Below the pieces are notes generated by a model. It was not told the DNA's origin. It saw only the letters and a list, made by a program, of their open reading frames with translations, and searched no databases. A DNA stretch of 64,000 nt from the NCBI GenBank assembly GCA_035193785.1, contig CP136572.1:4788578-4852577 (forward strand), in the 5' to 3' direction. Both the position numbers and the translations under genes were made by a program. Source of the DNA: Planktothrix sp. GU0601_MAG3 (lineage in GTDB: Bacteria; Cyanobacteriota; Cyanobacteriia; Cyanobacteriales; Microcoleaceae). Positions 26,601 through 37,811 of the stretch are shown one piece after another (position 1 is the stretch's first letter; each line of letters begins with the position of its first letter).

Positions 26601-27991
26601 CCTTGCCCAATATTCGACAATTTACTCAATTTTTAGAGGAGGGTTTGAGTAGTCAACTAATCAAAGAAAACCGCTTAGTTAAGGCTTGGAAATCGGCGGT
26701 ACAGGATTATAGTCGTCAAGTTAGAATATTGATGCGGGAAAAAATCCTAGACCCGGAAGAATGGCAACGGTTGGGAGAGGTTTTAGAGGGATTAGATGAA
26801 GCCAAATATAATGGGGTTTTGGAATTAGCCGGAGATTGTTATTATCGGGCTAAAAACCTACGTCGGGCTGTGCGATGTTGGCAGGAAAGCGGGGCTAATC
26901 AAAAACGAGAATATTATCTGGCCCAAGCTGAATTATCGGGATTTCCCGAAGGTTTACCCTATTTGGAAAAAGCCTTAGATTTTGAACGAATTATTGTGGA
27001 ATGGGAAAAATCTGGGAAGTCGGGAAACCAACAATGGTTAAAACATTTAGATTGTTTGGGACGGGCTTTGGAACGACAAAATCGCCTGCGGGATTGGATT
27101 AATTATTTAATTAGAATTAAACGTTGGATTGATGCGATCGCAGCGATCGAAAAATGTAGTAAACTAGAAGCAATTCTATTTAGGTTTGAACTAATTCGCC
27201 AAATTTCCCGTTCTAATTTAACCCCGGAACAGGCCCGGGATTTTCGAGGTCGCTATTTAGCCTTAATTGAAAAAGCCCTATCTGTCTCCAACTGGCGACA
27301 AAAATTGGCCATGGTTGAGGTGGGAGTTGCCTTAGAAAAAATTGGGGAATTAGTCCCAACTCTGAAATTTTATGAACGATTTATTAATAGTAATGAACCC
27401 GCTTTAAAACAGTTTGCTCAACAACGGTGGTTAGCAACTAAACTCAAACAAAAAGAATATGCTCAAGTTGCCGAACCCATCCGGGCGCAGGAAATCCAAC
27501 AAGATATTACCCGCCGGGCGAAGGATTGGAACATCGACCCCGCCACCCTCAATTCTGACCCCCCTCGGCTGGATGCAATCGAAAATCCTCAATTGCTCCA
27601 CCTTTCTCCCTCTGACCCCTCCCAGGCGAATCCTGACCCGGATGATGAAAGGGTTCAGGGTCTACCCCCCGGCACAAAAATTCGCCTGTTGGGGCCAGAA
27701 GCCGATGGCTTTAGTTTCCAAATTGGCCACATCCAGGTCAAACGAGCCAAACGGAATAATAGTTTATGGGTACTTTTAACAGATATTTATAGTTCTAAAG
27801 CCCTGCAAATTGAGGTTGATGGGACACAGGGAAAAGTCAGAATTGGAGAATTAATATTAGAAGTCGCCGACGGTCATCAACTTTCTTTTAATAGTATCAC
27901 GGGGGATTATCGAGGCACGGTTTTTTATCGAGATGAAAAGCCGAGGGTAGAGTTGCATATTCGGGGAATTTCTAGTATTATTTCCCTTTAA
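23695..27991 (+). CDS. Large UvrD-like SF1 helicase with C-terminal TPR-like region (TRANK1-like), ~1,430 aa
   Basis: GRAGSGKS, LFLTYN, DEAQD, AGDPFQT, NYRS, AKGLEF, KLYVAASRG, then helical repeats (AGDCYYRA, AVRCWQESG). Apparent +1 at 25369. Confidence 0.85.
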
Positions 27992-28215
27992 TCAGTCATC
28001 AGTTGTAGGGGCGGGTTTATCAAGATGGGCGGTGATTTACCAAGATTTAAAAGAACCTGCCCGTACCGGTTATCAGTGTAAGAGTGATCAGTTTAATCAG
28101 TCATCAGTTGTAGGGGCGGGTTTATCAAGATGTGCGGTAATTAACAAAGATCTAAAAGAAACCCGCCCGTACCGGTTATCAGTGTAAGAGTTAGTAGTTT
28201 AATCAGTTATCCGTT
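27987..28215. repeat. Tandem ~105-bp repeat, each unit holding a GTAG REP pair
   Basis: Units start at 27987, 28092 and (partial) 28198. Each full unit has GTAGGGGCGGGTTT...AACC(T/C)GCCCGTAC flanked by ATCAGTC/ATCAGTG heptamers. Confidence 0.85.
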
Positions 28216-28310
28216 TTAGAGGCAAATTCATTTGTGATTTAGGTGATTAATCAAGATAGGATAGAGCCCTGAAGGGCTTACTACGAATCAGGAACATTAG
28301 GTACATTTTT

Positions 28311-28673
28311 ATGCCAGAACAATTTTTTACACAACCGATTCCAGAAATTAGTGTTCAAGAGTTAGAAAAATTACTAAAAACGGCTCCTCAAACCGAGTTT
28401 CAGTTAATTGATGTGCGGGAACCCCAAGAAATCGAAATGGCAAAAATAGAGGGATTTATTAACTATCCTTTAAGTCAATATAGTGAATGGTCAGATCAAA
28501 TTTTAGTTCAACTTGACCCGCACCAAGAAACCTTAATTCTGTGTCATCATGGCATGAGATCTGCCCAAATGTGTCAATGGTTAATTCAGCAAGGTTTTAC
28601 CCATGTAAAAAATATTAATGGGGGAATTGATGCTTACTCCATTTTGGTTAATCCCCAGATTCCCCGATATTAA
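28311..28673 (+). CDS. Rhodanese-like domain protein
   Basis: LIDVREPQE, LCHHGMRS, GGIDAYS...PQIPRY. Confidence 0.93.
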   Translation: MPEQFFTQPIPEISVQELEKLLKTAPQTEFQLIDVREPQEIEMAKIEGFINYPLSQYSEWSDQILVQLDPHQETLILCHHGMRSAQMCQWLIQQGFTHVKNINGGIDAYSILVNPQIPRY

Positions 28674-28709
28674 ACTCATCGAAAAAACATCCCCGTTATT
28701 TCAATAATA

Positions 28710-29849
28710 ATGATAGAAACCACCGTTAAAACAATTCAGAAGTCGGATTTTGTCATTGCTCCCTACATGAAAAGTAATAATTTATGGGGAACTTATCAAA
28801 TCTTAAATACCGTTGTTCCCTATCTGTTGTTATGGATTTTAGCCGTTAAATCTGCTGCTATTTCCCTATGGTTGCTACCGCCGATTATGGTGTTAATGAT
28901 CCTATTTTCAGTCCGTTGTTTTTCCTTAATGCACGACTGCGGACACTACTCCCTATTTAGTTCAAAAAAGGCGAATCGAGTCGTGGGTTTTATCCTCGGT
29001 GTGATTAACGCCATCCCCCAATATCCCTGGTCAAGAGGACACGCCTATCATCATAAAACTAATGGGGACTGGGAACGTTATCGCGGCCCCTCAGCTTTGA
29101 TTTCCACGGAGGAATTTGCTAAACTGAGTCCATCGGCTCAGGGGTGGTATGAATTTCTTAGACATCCCTTGATGATTTTCCCAGGAGGTTTTTTCTACCT
29201 AGCAATTAAACCCAGACTATCGTTAATCCTGGGAACTTATGGTTTTTTTGTTCATGTTTTAACTTCCTTAAAACAAAATCCAAATATTAGTTGGAGGGAG
29301 CATTTCTCATCCTACAAATCCAGAAATTGGTATACCACCGGTGAATTTTGGGATCTGCTTTTTAACAATATTTGTGTGGTTGGGGGCTGGATTATCCTCA
29401 GTAATTATCTGGGCTGGGGGTTCTTCTGGACAGTGTATTCAATTACCTTAACCTGTTCAGCGGCGCTGTTTATTTGTGTGTTTTTTGTACAACATAATTT
29501 TGAGGGTTCCTACGCCCACAAAACCGAAGGTTGGGACTATCTCCGAGGTGCAATTGAGGGTAGTAGTTACCTGGAATTACCCCCAATTTTAAAATGGTTT
29601 TCCGCCGATATTGGCTATCATAATATCCATCATCTTTGTGAAAGAATCCCCAACTATAACCTCGAAGCTTGTCATAATCAGAATATACATTTACTCGCCG
29701 GGGTAAAAACCTTGAGAATTTCAGATATTCCCGATTGTTTTAAGTTTATCCTCTGGGATTCTGCCGCTAACCGTCTAGTCTCAATCCGCTCATTTCGTCA
29801 AGCTGCTGCTTTCAATTCTCAAAACAAAATGGCAGCAGTGATTAAGTAA
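28710..29849 (+). CDS. Membrane fatty acid desaturase
   Basis: Three His boxes HDCGH, HAYHH and HNIHH plus TM segments. Confidence 0.92.
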   Translation: MIETTVKTIQKSDFVIAPYMKSNNLWGTYQILNTVVPYLLLWILAVKSAAISLWLLPPIMVLMILFSVRCFSLMHDCGHYSLFSSKKANRVVGFILGVINAIPQYPWSRGHAYHHKTNGDWERYRGPSALISTEEFAKLSPSAQGWYEFLRHPLMIFPGGFFYLAIKPRLSLILGTYGFFVHVLTSLKQNPNISWREHFSSYKSRNWYTTGEFWDLLFNNICVVGGWIILSNYLGWGFFWTVYSITLTCSAALFICVFFVQHNFEGSYAHKTEGWDYLRGAIEGSSYLELPPILKWFSADIGYHNIHHLCERIPNYNLEACHNQNIHLLAGVKTLRISDIPDCFKFILWDSAANRLVSIRSFRQAAAFNSQNKMAAVIK

Positions 29850-29882
29850 GTTTAAACCACCCTAACATGGAGACCCTTGATT

Positions 29883-30960
29883 ATGGTAGATCAATCTGTT
29901 CAATCTAACTTTTCCGATGCTATTGATCAAGGATATTACTTAGATCGAGATTGCACAACTTTATCCCGTCATGTTCTCCAACAACTGCATAGTTTTTCCC
30001 ACGATGCTCAGGATATTAGCGCCTTAATGAATCGCATCGGATTGGCGGGAAAACTCATCGCCCGCCGTTTATCTCAGTCGGGTTTAGTGGACGATGCGTT
30101 GGGGTTTACCGGGGCCGTAAACGTGCAGGGAGAGTCCGTACAACAGATGGATGTTTATTCCAATTCTGTGTTTATTTCGGTGTTCAAACAAAGCGGTTTA
30201 GTCTGTCGTTTGGCATCGGAAGAAATGGAAAAACCCTTTTATATTCCCGAAAATTGCCCGATTGGACGTTATACTTTGCTCTATGATCCCCTCGATGGTT
30301 CATCGAATTTAGATACTAACTTAAATGTCGGATCAATATTTGCCATTCGTCAACAGGAAGGTAATGATGAAAATGGGGAGGCGGCGGATTTATTGCAAAA
30401 TGGACGCAAACAAATTGCCGCTGGATATATTCTTTATGGCCCTAGTACAATTCTAGTTTATTCTATTGGAACCGGGGTTCATGCGTTTATTCTTGACCCC
30501 AGTTTGGGAGAATTTATTCTAGCCAAAGAGAATATTAAAATTCCCGACCACGGCCCGATTTATAGTGTGAATGAAGGGAATTTTTGGCAGTGGGATGAAT
30601 CCATTCGAGATTATACCCGTTATGTTCATCGCCATGAAGGATATACGGCCCGTTATAGTGGGGCTTTAGTCGGAGATGTTCACCGAATTTTATATCAAGG
30701 CGGCGTGTTTTTATATCCGGGAAACTGTTAAGAAACCCGAGGGAAAATTAAGGTTATTATATGAGTCTGCACCCATGGCATTTTTAATCGAACAAGCCGG
30801 AGGAATGGCTTCAACTGGAACCCAAGAAATTTTGGATGTTATTCCCGGAAAACTGCACCAACGCACCCCTTTAATTATTGGAAGTAAAGAGGATGTAATG
30901 TTAGTTAAATCATTCATTGAAGACCGCAAACGTAGGGAACAAGAAGGAGGTCTTGAGTAA
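29883..30960 (+). CDS. fbp: Class 1 fructose-1,6-bisphosphatase
   Basis: [35 protein letters not shown]. Apparent +1 at 30721. Confidence 0.96.
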
Positions 30961-30989
30961 ATTCTATTCATCCCCAGAAAGCACCGAGT

Positions 30990-31039
30990 CCCTATTCCCT
31001 CCCTATTCCCTGTTCCCTGTTCCCTGTTCCCTGTTCCCT
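30990..31039. repeat. Heptamer STRR array (TTCCCTG/TTCCCTA)
   Basis: About 6 tandem units between convergent fbp and dnaJ, overlapping the dnaJ 3' end. Confidence 0.85.
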
Positions 31040-32029
31040 TTTAATCTTAAATTTTGACGGGGTTTAAAGGTTTCAATTTGACGTAATTGTTCATACAATT
31101 CTCGTTCTTGGGGAGTAATGGTTTTAGGAATAACCACTTGAATTTCAATTAATTGGTCTCCCCTTTCTCCTTGGGGATTGGGATACCCTTTATTTGCCAA
31201 TCGTAACCTTTGACCCGATACCACCCCCAAAGGTAAACGCATTTTCACCAAACCATCTAAAGTCGGAATATCAATTTCTCCCCCTAATATAGCCTCCGTG
31301 GGAGTGACCGGAATTTGACAATAAATTTCCGATTTTTCTAATCTAAAAAATGGGTGGGGAGTAATATTAATTTTTAAAAATAAATCCCCGCCATTCACAC
31401 CTTGATTTTTTAATCTAATTTGTTGACCTTTAACCATTCCCGGGGGTAAGTCCACTTCTAAAGACCGCCCATCCTCTAAACGAATCCTTTCTGTGCCTCC
31501 AGTATAGGCCTTTTCTAAAGGTAAGGTTAATCGCGCCTCAATATCCCGTTTTGTTTCCCTAGGAGTCGGTTTATAAACTGCCTTTGTCCGGGGGGAATTA
31601 TAGGGGTCAGCCTCCGTCATTTGGGCTACTTTTGGGTCAACGGTTTCGGACTTCTCGCCGCCGTCCTAATAATTGGTCAACAAAGCTATCAAAATCCGAA
31701 AAATCCCCATAATCTACATCTTCAGTTTGAGAAATAGTCCGACGACTCCCCCAGTTTTTGATACCGGAAAAAGCATTTTTTTGCCAATCTTGAAACCCTT
31801 TTTGTTTCCAAAATTGACTATAATCATCATATTGCGCTCGTTTTTCAGGATCGGATAAAATATTATAGGCTTCTCCAATATCCTTAAAGGTTTCTTCCGC
31901 TTCCTTATCCCCAGGATTTAAGTCGGGGTGATATTGTCTTGCGAGTCGTCGATAAACTTTCTTGATTTCATCGACGGATGCTTCACGGGGAACCCCTAAA
32001 ATTTGATAATAATTCCGAAAATTTTGCAT
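31003..32029 (-). CDS. dnaJ: J-domain co-chaperone (type II DnaJ, DnaJ3/CbpA-like)
   Basis: J domain with YHPD, no zinc finger, DnaJ C-terminal domain. Apparent +1 at 31643; lies downstream of dnaK. Confidence 0.92.
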
Positions 32030-32075
32030 AGGTTGATGCTAGGATTTTAAAGGTTAAATTTTAAGTTAAATTTAG

Positions 32076-32092
32076 TAGAAACCCGGTTTCTA
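32076..32092. repeat. Short dispersed palindrome TAGAAACCCGGTTTCTA
   Basis: Palindrome with a single unpaired central base, between dnaK and dnaJ. Confidence 0.6.
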
Positions 32093-32109
32093 GGGGGTTT
32101 CTAAGGTGG

Positions 32110-34145
32110 TTACAACCAATCATCATCATCATCCCAATTATCAGTTTGAGTCGGGCGACGGGAACGAGTTGTACCCCCGCCCAAACTACTACCATTATTA
32201 CTAATATTACTGCGTTGGTCATAACGGGGATAACTGCGAGTTTGAGGTTCATAGGGATCAACTCGACGTTTTTCACCGGAAAAAGTGCGGCGAATAGAAC
32301 CAAATAAATCATCTTCATCGTCCTCCGTTGCAAAAACGGAAACTTCCCGATTTAACTCATATAGAGCATCCTGTAAATCCACACTAATTTGATCAATTCC
32401 TCGATCATCATCCCGTTCTAAACTATCTCTTAAAGAACGAATTAAGGTTTCAATTCTTGACCGTTGACGTTGAGCAAATTGCATCCCATAATCTAAGGCT
32501 ACTTCCCTTAATTGTCGTTCTGCTTGATAGGTTAAAGCCTGGGCGCGGTTGCGTTTTTCGACCTTTTCCCGTTGCAAACGGTCAACTTCTGCATACTTTT
32601 CCGCATCCTTAATCATGCGATTAACTTCGTCTTGGGAAAGGGTAGAAGCCCCCTGAATAATTACACTTTGTTCCCGTCCGGTGGTTTTATCTAAAGCGGT
32701 AACTTGTAAAATGCCATTGGCATCAATATCTAGCGCCACTTGAACTTGAGGAAACCCCACGGGGAGCGGGGGGAATTCCAGTTAACTTAAACCGTCCTAA
32801 AGATTTATTATCAACGGCTAATTCCCGTTCTCCTTGTAAGATATGAACTTCTACTAAAGTTTGATTATTTTCAGAGGTGGAAAAAATATCAGAACGCCGC
32901 ACAGGAATAGTTGTATTGCGAGGAATTAATTTTTTCATCACCCCCCCAATGGTTTCTAATCCTAGGGATAACGGAGTTACATCTAATAATAAAACATCCC
33001 GCACCTCTCCCCCCAAAATACCCGCCTGAATCGCCGCCCCAACGGCCACCACTTCATCGGGATTAACCCCTTGATTGGGTTCTAAATCAATTAAACTTCT
33101 TACTAATTGTTGTACCATGGGCATTCGGGTAGAACCCCCCACTAAAATCACATCATCAATGTCATTAGCGGTTAATCCGGCATCGGCTAAGGCCTGTTTC
33201 ACCGGACGGCGTAACCGTTGAATTAAATCCCCACATAACCCCTCAAATTCCCCCCTAGTTAGGCGAATTTCTAAGTGTTTAGGGCCGTCTTCGGTAGCAG
33301 CAATAAAGGGTAAATTAATATCCGTAACTCCCACCCCGGAAAGCTCTATTTTAGCTTTTTCGGCGGCTTCTGTTAAGCGTTGTAAAGATTGGCGATCGCG
33401 TCTTAAATCCACCCCTTCTTCTGATAGAAATTGTTCCGCTAACCAATCGACAATTTTCTGATCAAAATCCGTGCCGCCCAGTTGGGTATCTCCACAGGTC
33501 GATTTAACTTCAAATACCCCTTCTCCCACCTCCAAAATTGAGACATCAAAGGTGCCTCCCCCCAAATCAAAAACTAGAATAGTGCCATAATCTCGCCGTT
33601 CCAAACCATAGGCTAAAGAAGCCGCCGTCGGTTCATTTAAAATGCGTTTAACGTCTAATCCGGCAATGCGTCCGGCGTCACGGGTTGCTTGTCTTTGAGA
33701 ATCATTAAAATAGGCGGGAACCGTAATTACAGCCCCGGTAATTTCTTCCCCTAAATATCGGGTCGCTTCTTCGACTAATTTTTTTAAGATCATCGCCGAC
33801 AGTTTCCTCCGGGGCAAAATCCTTATTCACCCGGGGACATTTAATCCGAATATTATCGGTTTCATCCCGTCGCATCGTGTAGGGAACCCGTTTTGAGGCG
33901 GCGGTGAGGTCAGAATAGCGACAACCCATGAGTCGCTTTACCCCGTAAAAGGTATTTTGGGGATTTAAAACCGCCTGTCGTCTAGCCATCTGTCCCACGA
34001 TGCGTTCTCCTTCCTTGGTAAACCCAACGACGGAGGGGGTGGTTCGCATCCCTTCAGAGTTAGCAATCACAACGGGTTTACCGCCCTCCATGACCGCAAC
34101 CACGGAGTTCGTTGTTCCCAAGTCAATGCCGACTACTTTGCCCAT
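32110..34145 (-). CDS. dnaK: Hsp70 chaperone DnaK, cyanobacterial DnaK3 type
   Basis: [18 protein letters not shown]-terminal WDDDDDW motif and a downstream dnaJ are typical of DnaK3. Apparent +1 at 33802 and 32751. Confidence 0.96.
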
Positions 34146-34265
34146 GCGTTGCTTATCTCCTTGTCTATATGGTTTCTGGCTAGATCAATCCTATTGTATC
34201 GTGTTGTTACGCAGTGTAACGTCTGACCGATCTAGTGAACCCATAAGGAGTAATATTTTCGCCAG

Positions 34266-34297
34266 AAAAAATCCCCCGAAATCTGTGGCGGGGGATG
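34266..34297 (-). terminator. Intrinsic terminator after cysH
   Basis: ATCCCCCG...CGGGGGAT stem preceded by an A-run on + (U-tail on -). Confidence 0.55.
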
Positions 34298-34316
34298 GGG
34301 GAAAATACTTGACCTA

Positions 34317-35202
34317 TTATAAGTAACTGGAATCCAAACTTTTTGCTTCTTCTTCCGTTTGGGGTAGATGTAAACCACATTCCTGTTTTAAACCCCGGAA
34401 ACGAGTATCCCGTTCATTTTCATCCGTTGCCATTAAAGGACGGCTAGAATGCCAATCTCCTACGGTGGTATAACCGAGATCAAAATAGGGATGGTAGGGC
34501 AAATCATGGGCGGTTAAATATTGGTAAATATCCCTAGAATTCCAAGACAAAATCGGATGAACTTTATATCTTCCTGACTGTTGAACCACCGGATTTAAGG
34601 TTTTGCGATGATGGGTTTGATCGGCCCGTAATCCCGCTAACCAAGCCGTAGCTTTTAATTCTTTTAAAGCCCGTTGCATTGGTTCAACTTTACGAATTTT
34701 ATCGTAATAGTTTAAGGATTCAATATCATCTTTTTCCCATAATCGACCGCGTATTGCTTCCATTCGAGCCGGACTGATGGGAGATTGATAGACTTTTAAA
34801 TTGAGGTTGAGGCGTTTCTGTTAACTGTTCGGCAAAAATATAGGTTTCTGTGGGTAAATAACCCGTATCAACCCAAATAATCGGAATATTCGGAACAACG
34901 CTAGTGACTAAATGCAACATCACCGCCGCTTGAATACCAAAACTGGTACTCATAACTAAGCCATCACCAAATATTTCCGCCGCCCACTGGACAATCGTAA
35001 TGGCATCGGCATTAATCAATAGTTGATTGGTGGCATTCAAATCGAGTTCAAGTTGTTGAATCCCTTGAATTGCCTTATGCTCTGAGGTTTGATCCCGATG
35101 ATCACGGTGCTGTGTCCTAGGGGTGTGACCGTTAGTAACGGGAGAAGATATAGCTCCGAGATTCCCGTTGATATTGGGATCGATCAGATTTAATTGTGGC
35201 AT
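34317..35202 (-). CDS. cysH: Phosphoadenosine phosphosulfate reductase
   Basis: STSFG, VDTGYL, RKVEP, GLRADQ, GYTTVGD, KQECGLH. Apparent +1 at 34814. Confidence 0.95.
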
Positions 35203-35437
35203 AGTTTTTGTGGTTTCCCTTGTTAGTAAACAATAAAGGGCCTTGGGAATTGACTTAACACCGGATTACCAGGGTTAGTCATTTTCGCGCTTTCTAACCT
35301 TATGCAAAGGGTTTGGAACACCCCTACAGCTAAACCGACCCTAACATTTTGTGACTTTATGGATTCTATTATAAAATTTTACAGCAAATATCTATGCAAC
35401 GATCAGATTAGAAGTTGACTGCTAACTGTTAAGTTAT

Positions 35438-35527
35438 GGAAAATTTGGGTATAAAACCCCTAACTTCTGGGACATATTTATATTAGAATTAGGAATCGCC
35501 GCCCTAAAAATGCGGTGAGGATGTCAA
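35438..35527 (+). mobile_element. Miniature non-coding IS200/IS605 derivative (PATE-like), ~90 bp
   Basis: Preceded by TTAT, with an AAAA guide at +16..+19 before CCCC. Right end AGGAATCGCCGCCCT-AAAAAT-GCGGTGAGGATGTCAA with GAAT guide and TCAA terminus. Confidence 0.7.
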
Positions 35528-35561
35528 GCTAGTGTTGCTGATATATGCTGATGATTCCTGT

Positions 35562-36701
35562 ATGACTAGCACCCTAACTTCTGTTCCCTTTGTTGATTTG
35601 AGTTTGATCCACGAACCCATTAAACTCGAAATTCAAGCCGCAATCCAGGCTGTAGTGGATAAGGGTGACTTTGTTTTAGGTCAAGCCCTAACAGAATTTG
35701 AAATCGCCTTTGCTAAGGCCTGTGGTGTGCCCTATGGGGTAGGAGTGGCCAGTGGCACCGATGCGATCGCCCTGGGTTTACAAGCCTGTGGAATTAAACC
35801 TGGGGATGAAGTTCTGCTTCCGGCTAATACTTTTGTGGCTACCCTGATCGGGGTATTACACGCGGGGGCTACCCCCATATTAGTCGATTGTGACCCCCAT
35901 ACAGCCCTAATTGATCTGAATCATGCGGCTCAGGTGGTCACTAAAAAAACTAAAGCCATTATTCCGGTGCATCTCTATGGCCAAATGGTTTCCCCCCATC
36001 AACTGTTTGCTTTTGCTCAGGCTCATAATTTAATTATTTTTGAAGATGCAGCCCAGGCCCACTTAGCCGAGCGAGAAAGTTATGGTGCGGGAAGTATTGG
36101 GTTAGCTGCGGCTTTTAGTTTTTATCCGAGTAAAAATTTGGGTGCTTTTGGGGATGGGGGGATGGTTGTAACCCAGAATGAAGTTGTTGCCCAAAATCTG
36201 CGGAGTCTTCGCAATTATGGTGCACCGCAGAAATATCTCCATACCGACAAAGGCACAAATAGCCGTCTTGATACCTTACAAGCTGCTATTTTAAATGTTA
36301 AGTTACCCCATTTAAACACTTGGAATCACGATCGCAATTTTGCCGCTGAAAAATATGATGCGTCTATTCTATTATTGCGAGAACGGGGTATTATTCCAAT
36401 TGAAAATCAGAGTGCCGATGGTCATGTTTATCACCTCTATGTAATTCGGGTAACGGAAGAATCGGCGGTTAACCGTGATACCCTCAAAGATAAATTAACA
36501 GAACAGGGAATACAGGTTGGAGTGCATTACCCAATTCCTTGCCATTTACAACCAGCTTATCAATATTTAGGTTACAAACAAGGAGACTTTCCTCAAGCTG
36601 AAAAATTAAGTCAGCAAATTTTATCCTTACCCATGTATCCGGGATTAACAACTAACCAAATTAATCGAGTTTTGACATCGATTGGGTCTGTTATATCTTA
36701 G
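35562..36701 (+). CDS. DegT/DnrJ/EryC1/StrS sugar aminotransferase
   Basis: VPFVDL, ASGTDAI, EDAAQAH, FSFYPSKNLGAFGDGG, NSRLD. Confidence 0.95.
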   Translation: MTSTLTSVPFVDLSLIHEPIKLEIQAAIQAVVDKGDFVLGQALTEFEIAFAKACGVPYGVGVASGTDAIALGLQACGIKPGDEVLLPANTFVATLIGVLHAGATPILVDCDPHTALIDLNHAAQVVTKKTKAIIPVHLYGQMVSPHQLFAFAQAHNLIIFEDAAQAHLAERESYGAGSIGLAAAFSFYPSKNLGAFGDGGMVVTQNEVVAQNLRSLRNYGAPQKYLHTDKGTNSRLDTLQAAILNVKLPHLNTWNHDRNFAAEKYDASILLLRERGIIPIENQSADGHVYHLYVIRVTEESAVNRDTLKDKLTEQGIQVGVHYPIPCHLQPAYQYLGYKQGDFPQAEKLSQQILSLPMYPGLTTNQINRVLTSIGSVIS

Positions 36702-36798
36702 ATCCTCCTAAATTTCTTGGGTGAGCAAATCCCTTGGGCGAGGTTTCCTCGCCCCTGTTTTTAGCTCTAAGGTCAACGGTTAACCGTCAATAATTCTT

Positions 36799-37695
36799 AT
36801 GAAAATCAGTCATAAAATTCCAATCACGCTGGAAAAATCTCTATTAAATTGGATGATTGTTTTGTCAATGGTGTTGTTGTATGCGCCCGTTTTAATTTAT
36901 TGGTATGACGGTTGGCTACATAAAACCATCGGCATTGAACATGAATATTTTAGTCATGGTTTAATTGGTTTACCCTTTGCTGCTTATATTACCTGGACAA
37001 AAAGGCATCAGTGGAAACGTTTACCCAATACCAGCCATCCGTTAGGCATCGGATTAATTGTGATTAGTGGTATTTTTTATGGGAGTGGATTATCGGATTT
37101 AGTTAATTTTTCCTTTCCTTTAATGTTGACAGGACTTTGCCTATCGTTTAAGGGAATTGAGGGCTTAAAATTACAGAAAATGCCCTTAGTGTTTGTATTA
37201 CTAGCAACTCCCAATTATTTGCCCTATTTAATAGAACCCCTAGCCTTACCTTTGCAGAAATTTATTGCTAATGTTGCCGGATTTATTTTAATTCAGTTTA
37301 ACTTGAATGTTCAGGTGGAACAAATTTATTTGTTTGTGAATGATCAAATTGTTGAAGTTGCCCCACACTGTTCCGGGTTAAAAATGTTATTTACCAGTCT
37401 TTATGTCGGATTGATGTTACTGTACTGGACAGGACTTTTAAGTTCAAAAAAATTAAGTGTTTTCTTTTTAGTGAGTGCGGCTCTAATTAGTGTTGTTGCT
37501 AATATTATTCGCAATACTTTATTAACGCTGTTTCATGGTACAGGTCAGGATGGGTTATTCTCATGGCTCCATGAAGGTTGGGGCGGAGATTTATATTCAG
37601 CCTGTATGTTGGGTTTATTAGTTGTCTTAATTAATGGCTTACAATATTATGTGGAAATCGATTCCACAGATAAATTAGAACAACCCGATCAATAA
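36799..37695 (+). CDS. crtB: Cyanoexosortase B (PEP-CTERM-type sorting transpeptidase)
   Basis: EHEYFSHG, catalytic Cys in VAPHCSGL, Arg in NIIRN, His in LHEGWGG; multi-TM; sits in an EPS operon. Confidence 0.9.
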   Translation: MKISHKIPITLEKSLLNWMIVLSMVLLYAPVLIYWYDGWLHKTIGIEHEYFSHGLIGLPFAAYITWTKRHQWKRLPNTSHPLGIGLIVISGIFYGSGLSDLVNFSFPLMLTGLCLSFKGIEGLKLQKMPLVFVLLATPNYLPYLIEPLALPLQKFIANVAGFILIQFNLNVQVEQIYLFVNDQIVEVAPHCSGLKMLFTSLYVGLMLLYWTGLLSSKKLSVFFLVSAALISVVANIIRNTLLTLFHGTGQDGLFSWLHEGWGGDLYSACMLGLLVVLINGLQYYVEIDSTDKLEQPDQ

Positions 37696-37811
37696 ATATT
37701 TATTGATTACTGATAGGTTGATGATAACTCAATTCTACCGATAAAAAATAACTGATATATCACTACCAATTAAGGTATTTGAAAATACTAAACCTCCTAA
37801 CCTGCCCATAA

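Noticed and set aside
27987..28215. Possible CRISPR array
   Set aside because: Whole ~105-bp units are homologous with no unique spacers, there are only two full copies, and no cas genes are nearby.
34196..34220. NtcA site upstream of dnaK
   Set aside because: Spacing is GTA-N9-TAC rather than N8; the adjacent GTTAC-N5-GTAAC palindrome could not be assigned.
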